A stretch of 64,000 nucleotides of DNA from Amoebidium appalachense (Eukaryota > Protista > Ichthyosporea): assembly GCA_963693365.1 (NCBI GenBank), contig CAVNZM010000001.1:21026125-21090124 (forward strand), written 5' to 3'. Every line of letters starts with the position of its first letter. Position 1 is the stretch's first letter. Both the position numbers and the translations under genes were made by a program. Positions 58,521 to 64,000 of this stretch are shown in pieces. The notes under the pieces were generated by a model. The model was not told the DNA's origin and did not search any database. It saw only the letters and a list, made by a program, of their open reading frames with translations.

Positions 58521-60708
58521 GATGATCATATTCAAACAACGTCATTTTATCCAATTTATATATTCGAGAATGTCTCTCTTCCCGGCCGATGCACCACCCC
58601 CCGCTCAGAAACCTATTGTGTGGCCTGTAGACCCATCTATCCCCATAGAATCGATCCTCCCCTTTTTCAGTCCCGATGCCATATGGTCTGTGATATCTAG
58701 TTATAGCTCTAGTAAGTCTTGTGGACCTGATGGACTCCCTGCTGGGTTTCTTAAAATCCTTATTCCCTCCTACCCACAAAAGGAAAGTGATCGTGCTATT
58801 AAACCTGATCTTACTATCATGTTAAGCTCTCTCTTTTCCTGGTGTGTTAAATGTGGACATGTCCCGTCATCTTGGTTAGATACCTTAGTGATCCCCATAG
58901 TTAAGAAGGACTCTGAGGGCCCCATATCATCCTTTCGCCCCATTACACTAACCCAGGTTGTTCGTAGATTCTTTGAAGCTTGCTTACTTAGGTTATTTGC
59001 ACATCACCCTAGGTTTCAATCTATTCTTCACATACACCCATGCCAATCCGCTTTTCGTAAAAACAATTCATGTTATGTTCAAATAATGGCACTGCACGAT
59101 TCTATGCAAGTTGGTGCACAATATGTTGGCTTTATTGATTGGAAAACTGCTTACGATTCTGTCTCCCCTGGTCTCCTATGGGAAAAGCTTGCTGCACGGG
59201 GTGTACCACACTGCATTGGTGTTCTGTTAGAAGCACTCTTGTCTCAAACCTATGGTAGAGCTGTGGTTAATGGGCATCTTTCATATGGTTTTGCTCGTAC
59301 TAGAGGTCTCTTGCAGGGTTCATTGCTTAGCCCCTTTTTGTTTAACCTATTTATAGATGATCTGGCTGTCAAGATTTACGCCGAAAACGATGACCCTATT
59401 AATAACTTTCCGCCTGCACTTCTCTATGCTGATGATCTGTCCCTCCTTGCCCGTACCCCTAGACGCCTGCAAAGATTGTTCGATGTAGTGTCAGAGTGGT
59501 GCAAGGCAAACCTGATGATCCTTAACATAGACAAATGTGGTGTTCTTGTACCTGATATAGCTAACAATTTACACACATTTACATTATCATCTAAACCTGT
59601 ACCTATAGTTCCAGAATACAAATATCTTGGTGTTCCGGTTGATTCTGTTGGTGTTATGTTTCCCCATATGGTCGAAAAGAGGGTAGAGTCGGCTCGTAAG
59701 CGGTTAGCTTTCTTCTCGGCTAATATTTTTAAAGACACACCCCTCCATCCTTCTATTAGACTTACATTTATTCGCACTTTTGTCTTCCCGGCATGTGAAT
59801 ATGGTTTACCCCTTTTCGCCGCCTGGATCAAGAAAGAGAGAACTAGAGCGCTTAAACCCTTGACAAATTTCCTTGAAGCAGAAGTTGCCTCCTTTCTATC
59901 TAACAACTGTTGTAAACCTGGGCCTGTAACGCTCTCGATATATGGTCTGGTCCCAATAGCTGCTAGAGTATCCTATCTCGCGCTGAAATTCAATAAGCAC
60001 ATAAGCCGCTTAAAGAAGTATTTGCCCTCCCACCCTCTCTTCTCTATCCGACCTGTCCCCTCCTCACCTCTCCCCTCTTTCCTCCCCTCTCTCTCCCCTT
60101 CTCCCCTGGGCACAAATACAAATAAACCCCGCAATAGTGTGTGTGTGACTTTGGACTGCCACTTACTTATTAAACATGTACACAATCACAAGATAATCAC
60201 GCAATATAACAAATGGAAAAAGATACCACACGACACTAGACCCGATGAAAGCATACACCTTGAAAAACTAAGCCTTATGTCTCGTTTTATATATACTGAC
60301 CGCCTCAACCATATTGCCAAATATGGCACTCGCAAGTGTATAACACCTAAATACATATTACCTTCCTGTAGAACTGGTCTTTTTCTAGCTGATGGTATTA
60401 TTGATCAATTACCACGCTTTTACTGTACACGTGCTATACAGTGGAGATCTAATAAGTATAAGATGGCATCATTTGCATGCCCAAACAACACACACACACA
60501 CCAGTTTAACCGGTCATGTATCGCCAAATGTAGTTTGATAGACCACATAATACCGCAACACACACACGTCACATTCACAACAGACACCCAGAAAGACAGC
60601 CTACCTGTAAATTACAACATCCTTGATTTTATACTAAACACGCGTAACTACGACCTGTTTATTAGATGTATTGATTGGCTTGAGAAACACATCACTACAA
60701 AATTATAG
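58504..60708 (+). CDS. LINE-B ORF2 remnant with an uninterrupted reverse-transcriptase domain (734 aa, no APE in this ORF)
   Basis: KSCGPDGLP, FRPITL, FIDWKTAYD, QGSLLSP, YADD, YKYLG and C-terminal CPN...FNRSCIAKC; collinear with LINE-A ORF2 but diverged. Confidence 0.92.
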   Translation: MHRHIRMIIFKQRHFIQFIYSRMSLFPADAPPPAQKPIVWPVDPSIPIESILPFFSPDAIWSVISSYSSSKSCGPDGLPAGFLKILIPSYPQKESDRAIKPDLTIMLSSLFSWCVKCGHVPSSWLDTLVIPIVKKDSEGPISSFRPITLTQVVRRFFEACLLRLFAHHPRFQSILHIHPCQSAFRKNNSCYVQIMALHDSMQVGAQYVGFIDWKTAYDSVSPGLLWEKLAARGVPHCIGVLLEALLSQTYGRAVVNGHLSYGFARTRGLLQGSLLSPFLFNLFIDDLAVKIYAENDDPINNFPPALLYADDLSLLARTPRRLQRLFDVVSEWCKANLMILNIDKCGVLVPDIANNLHTFTLSSKPVPIVPEYKYLGVPVDSVGVMFPHMVEKRVESARKRLAFFSANIFKDTPLHPSIRLTFIRTFVFPACEYGLPLFAAWIKKERTRALKPLTNFLEAEVASFLSNNCCKPGPVTLSIYGLVPIAARVSYLALKFNKHISRLKKYLPSHPLFSIRPVPSSPLPSFLPSLSPSPLGTNTNKPRNSVCVTLDCHLLIKHVHNHKIITQYNKWKKIPHDTRPDESIHLEKLSLMSRFIYTDRLNHIAKYGTRKCITPKYILPSCRTGLFLADGIIDQLPRFYCTRAIQWRSNKYKMASFACPNNTHTHQFNRSCIAKCSLIDHIIPQHTHVTFTTDTQKDSLPVNYNILDFILNTRNYDLFIRCIDWLEKHITTKL

Positions 60709-60715
60709 CGCACGC

Positions 60716-60798
<83 letters not shown>

Positions 60799-60845
60799 CC
60801 AGCTGATACCGAGTGTCCCGAGGGGAGCCCCTTTAAAATAAAAAA

Positions 60846-60888
<43 letters not shown>
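58521..60888 (+). mobile_element. LINE-B non-LTR retrotransposon, 3' part with poly(A)
   Basis: RT ORF, short 3' UTR with (CA)n, AATAAA and a ~40-nt A run ending at 60888. 5' end unresolved; a possible APE relic (DLAY...YSDHPP) lies at ~56890-56955. Confidence 0.85.
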
Positions 60889-60889
<1 letters not shown>

Positions 60890-62451
60890 GGGGAACCCCA
60901 ACTAATTGATTTCTCCTTATAGTCTTTATGGTGTCTCGTAGAGAAAGTAAACCCTGATATATAGTCACCACCCGACATCTATGTACGTGATCATGATATA
61001 CCGCTGAGGGGATATTCCGAGCAAAACCCCCCCCATACCTGAGACTGGTTCTCTTTGCCTCGAGTAAACAGCGTAAACCCCTCTCATCTTTCGTATTGAA
61101 TCACGGAACAGAAATAGTTACTTGCACTTCATCTGATTGATGAAGTTGTAAATTTTAAAGAAAAGAAGATCGAGGCATATGCGCATACTAACTGAATATG
61201 AAACGAGCACGTCTGTGGGTCTTGGGAAGTCACGACAAGACGGCGCATGTTTTCTTGCAAGTTATACGTGAGCTCATATCATACGGTAAGCAATTGCCTG
61301 AGTGTCTGTTGCAAGTGACAAATCTGCACAGACTGACCAGTTGGCGCTGGAATGGTGTGTGTGGATGTTGCTCATAATGACGAGCTGGCGAAGCAGGGAC
61401 AAAGTAGTATGTGGGAAGATGGGATGGAAGGAGTTCTAGTGGGATGGAGGTGAGAGTTTTTGTGTGCCCGAGCAGGGGGGGAGGGGGGGGAGGAAGACGG
61501 GACTCAGGGGGGGGGGGGGGGGGGGGGGGAGGGGGGAGGAGGATAGTAAGCGGTATGTGCTTGCGGTGCAGAGCAACAATGAAAATGCGAAGGAAAGAGA
61601 ATGCAGTTGGCCTATACCATACGGTAACCTTTGGGTATGCAGTTATTTGCACTCCATTTTTATTCATTTAAAGTCGGACAGTCATTTGCCATACTCAAAC
61701 CAGAGAGCAGTCAGAGCCAGATATACATCGGTTGGCGCGTTTCAATCAATAATGGGGTGGGGCTAAGGGATTGACCTTAAACACAAGGAATGAGTATGTA
61801 CTGGGCGAGTATAACAGAGGCCACGTCACAAGGTCCTGCCCAGCAGACAACCACAAAGGCACTTATAATTACATCCGAAGAAAGGTTGAGAGTGCGTATG
61901 AAAGACTACAATACACCAACCAGGCTATGTACACCATGCGTATATGTTTGATTGTTCACGGCAAACCGTGGTTCATTCGAGGGTTTTAACTCAGTGATGT
62001 GTGCAGTGTATGTCACAGTGTATGTATTGTCATCTGCATGTATATGCCCCTGCGCGTGTGCGTGTGTGTGGATGTATGTGCGTGTGTGTGTGTGTGTGTG
62101 CGCGCGCGCGCATGCGTTTGTGCATGTGTGTGTGTACGTGTGTGTGTGTACGTGTGTGTGCGCGCGCATACGCGTGCGCATACAGAAGCCGGACCTGTTA
62201 CCCCGTATAAGCATCTTCAGGTATGTAATATTTGCGCAGAGAAATATTTGAATCATTCACATGCGTGTAACGCATCTGTTAACATCTGTTAAACTGGCTT
62301 GTGTACTAAAGATGAGATCATGCATATACACATCGAACACCCACACCTCCCCGTCTTCTGCCGTCTTTGCTCTATCACGTGGTTCATGCACATTCATTCC
62401 AACCCATCCACAGTCTCCAACTGTCCAAACATGACGCTATGCTCCCTCCAC

Positions 62452-62910
62452 CTACACCCCCACTGCTTCGGGCCTCCACACCCGTCTCTCTGCCAGCCTC
62501 CGCCTCCGTGTCTCCCCTTCTGCACGTGCATGCACCCCCCCTCCTCCCTCGCTTGCATGGGGTGGGGGCCACATTCTCATGACACACTCGACCCTGGCCA
62601 CATCAAACCCCATGCCGCCTTCTGATTGGTAGTTGGGCAGTGGCTCGACCTCGTAAGGCACCACCCGATTGGTCTGTGTGGCCGTGAGGGTTGCCTGGGG
62701 GGTCACGAGGGGCAGGAGTGGTGGGCGCTGTGGGCGTGTGCTGCGCCTCCACTGTGCATCCTTGTAGGCCGTGCGCACCCACCTGCCGGCCACATAGACA
62801 AGCACGGGGGGTGCCCACAGGGGGCTGGCCAGCAGCAGGCACGTGCCCTGCAGCACCCTCAGACCTACCTTGGCCGGGCAGTGGTGGCCTGCCCATGGCC
62901 GCTTGCAGAT
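62452..62910 (-). CDS. Probable terminal exon of an unidentified gene (possibly the RING2 end of an RBR ligase plus a hydrophobic segment)
   Basis: Acceptor ttccgcag|ATCTGCAAG; GC-rich frame ICKRPWAGHHCPAK...CLLLASPLWAPPVLVYV; upstream exons not resolved. Confidence 0.4.
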   Translation of the reverse strand: MCKRPWAGHHCPAKVGLRVLQGTCLLLASPLWAPPVLVYVAGRWVRTAYKDAQWRRSTRPQRPPLLPLVTPQATLTATQTNRVVPYEVEPLPNYQSEGGMGFDVARVECVMRMWPPPHASEGGGGVHARAEGETRRRRLAERRVWRPEAVGV

Positions 62911-64000
62911 CTGCGGAAGGTTGGAGGGTAAGCGGCATGGTAGAGGGGGATCCACTTGGGTGCACAACAATGCATACCAATGTGCCTGTGTGCACGTATG
63001 TGCTTGTGTCTGTGCCTGTGTGTGTCCTTGTGTGTCTGCTGCACACACACACATTTATGTGTAGTTTGTTGCATGTGACGGTCTTCCTGCATGCCATGCC
63101 AACCGTGTGTGTACGTGTGTTTCACGAACATGTCATTGTGCATGGCTGTGTGCACGTGTATGCAAGACTGCGAAAACGACATTGTGTGTGTGTGTGTGTG
63201 TGTGGGTGTGTGTGTGCGTGCGCGCGCACGCATGCGTGCGTGCGTGCATGCATGCGTTCGTGCCTGCGTGGTGTGTGCGTGCGTGCGTGTGCATATATGC
63301 ATACGGGACGACAAAATCGGATAATCGGAAAACGTTTTTGTTAGAATAATCGTCCTGGTATGCACTCTTAGTAGAACAAGCGAATGTTTGCTGTGCTGTC
63401 CTCGTCCGATTCTAAGTCACACTTGAATGGGCATGCAGCGTGTGTGCGCGTAAATGTCTGTGTCTGTGTCTGTGTCTGTGTGTCTGTGTGTGTTTGTGTG
63501 TGTGTGCGTGTGTGTGCATGTGTGTGTGTGTGTGTGCGCGTGTGTGGTGTGTGTGTGTGTGTGTATGTGTGTGTGTGTGCGCGCGCACTTATGTGTGTGC
63601 GTGCGAGCGTGGGTGGGGGTACGTGCGGGCGTGTGCATGTGCATGTTCATGTGCTTGTGCGTGTGCGTGCGTGTATGTATGTGTGCGGGGGTGTGCGTGC
63701 TTTCGCGCGTATGTGTGTATGTCCCATTGTGTGAGCGTGCATACGGGTCGTGCTTTGAACTAGTGTGTAGAAACACAACAATCGATGTGCGTGTATGTGC
63801 TTGTGTTTGCTCTTAGACAACAGCTATAAGATGTCCTCACGAGAAAAGCGCAAAGCACACAGACGACAATCTGGAAGACCGAAGGCAAGGCAACTCAGTT
63901 AGACCACACCACGTCTGTGCAGAGAGTTATTCGATAGCGGCCGGCACTGTGTGCAGGAACAAAGAAGCAGCAAATGGGACACAGTCAAACCGATCATGGC

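Overview
Intron-rich eukaryotic (probably protist/algal) genomic DNA. Introns are filled with (CA)n/(GA)n microsatellites, poly-G/C runs and minisatellites, so most ORF-track entries are repeat artefacts. Gene models below were spliced by eye at GT-AG junctions; no searches were run. Host genes: 5' end of an AAAP-type amino-acid transporter (-), Myb+MPN/JAMM MYSM1-like deubiquitinase (-), splicing factor CWC15 (+), RimJ/RimL-type GNAT acetyltransferase (+), an ARM-like His-rich tail-anchored protein (-), a CDC24-OB-type multi-OB-fold protein (-), an AT-hook + AlkB dioxygenase (+) and an unidentified terminal exon (-). Mobile DNA: a young non-autonomous LTR element (480-bp LTRs, PBS, PPT, 5-bp TSD) in an intron; a disrupted full-length APE-RT LINE with two nested TGTTGGA-type solo LTRs, one carrying a tRNA-like Pol III gene and one fusing its own ORF start to the RT C-terminus; an inverted 5'-truncated copy of that LINE; a MITE; and a second LINE with an intact RT. 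The best leads are the tRNA-bearing LTR, tandemly amplified splice junctions (including a stop-containing decoy-acceptor array in CWC15), the AT-hook-AlkB fusion and the ACGAA-biased LTR element with a dUTPase-like relic.
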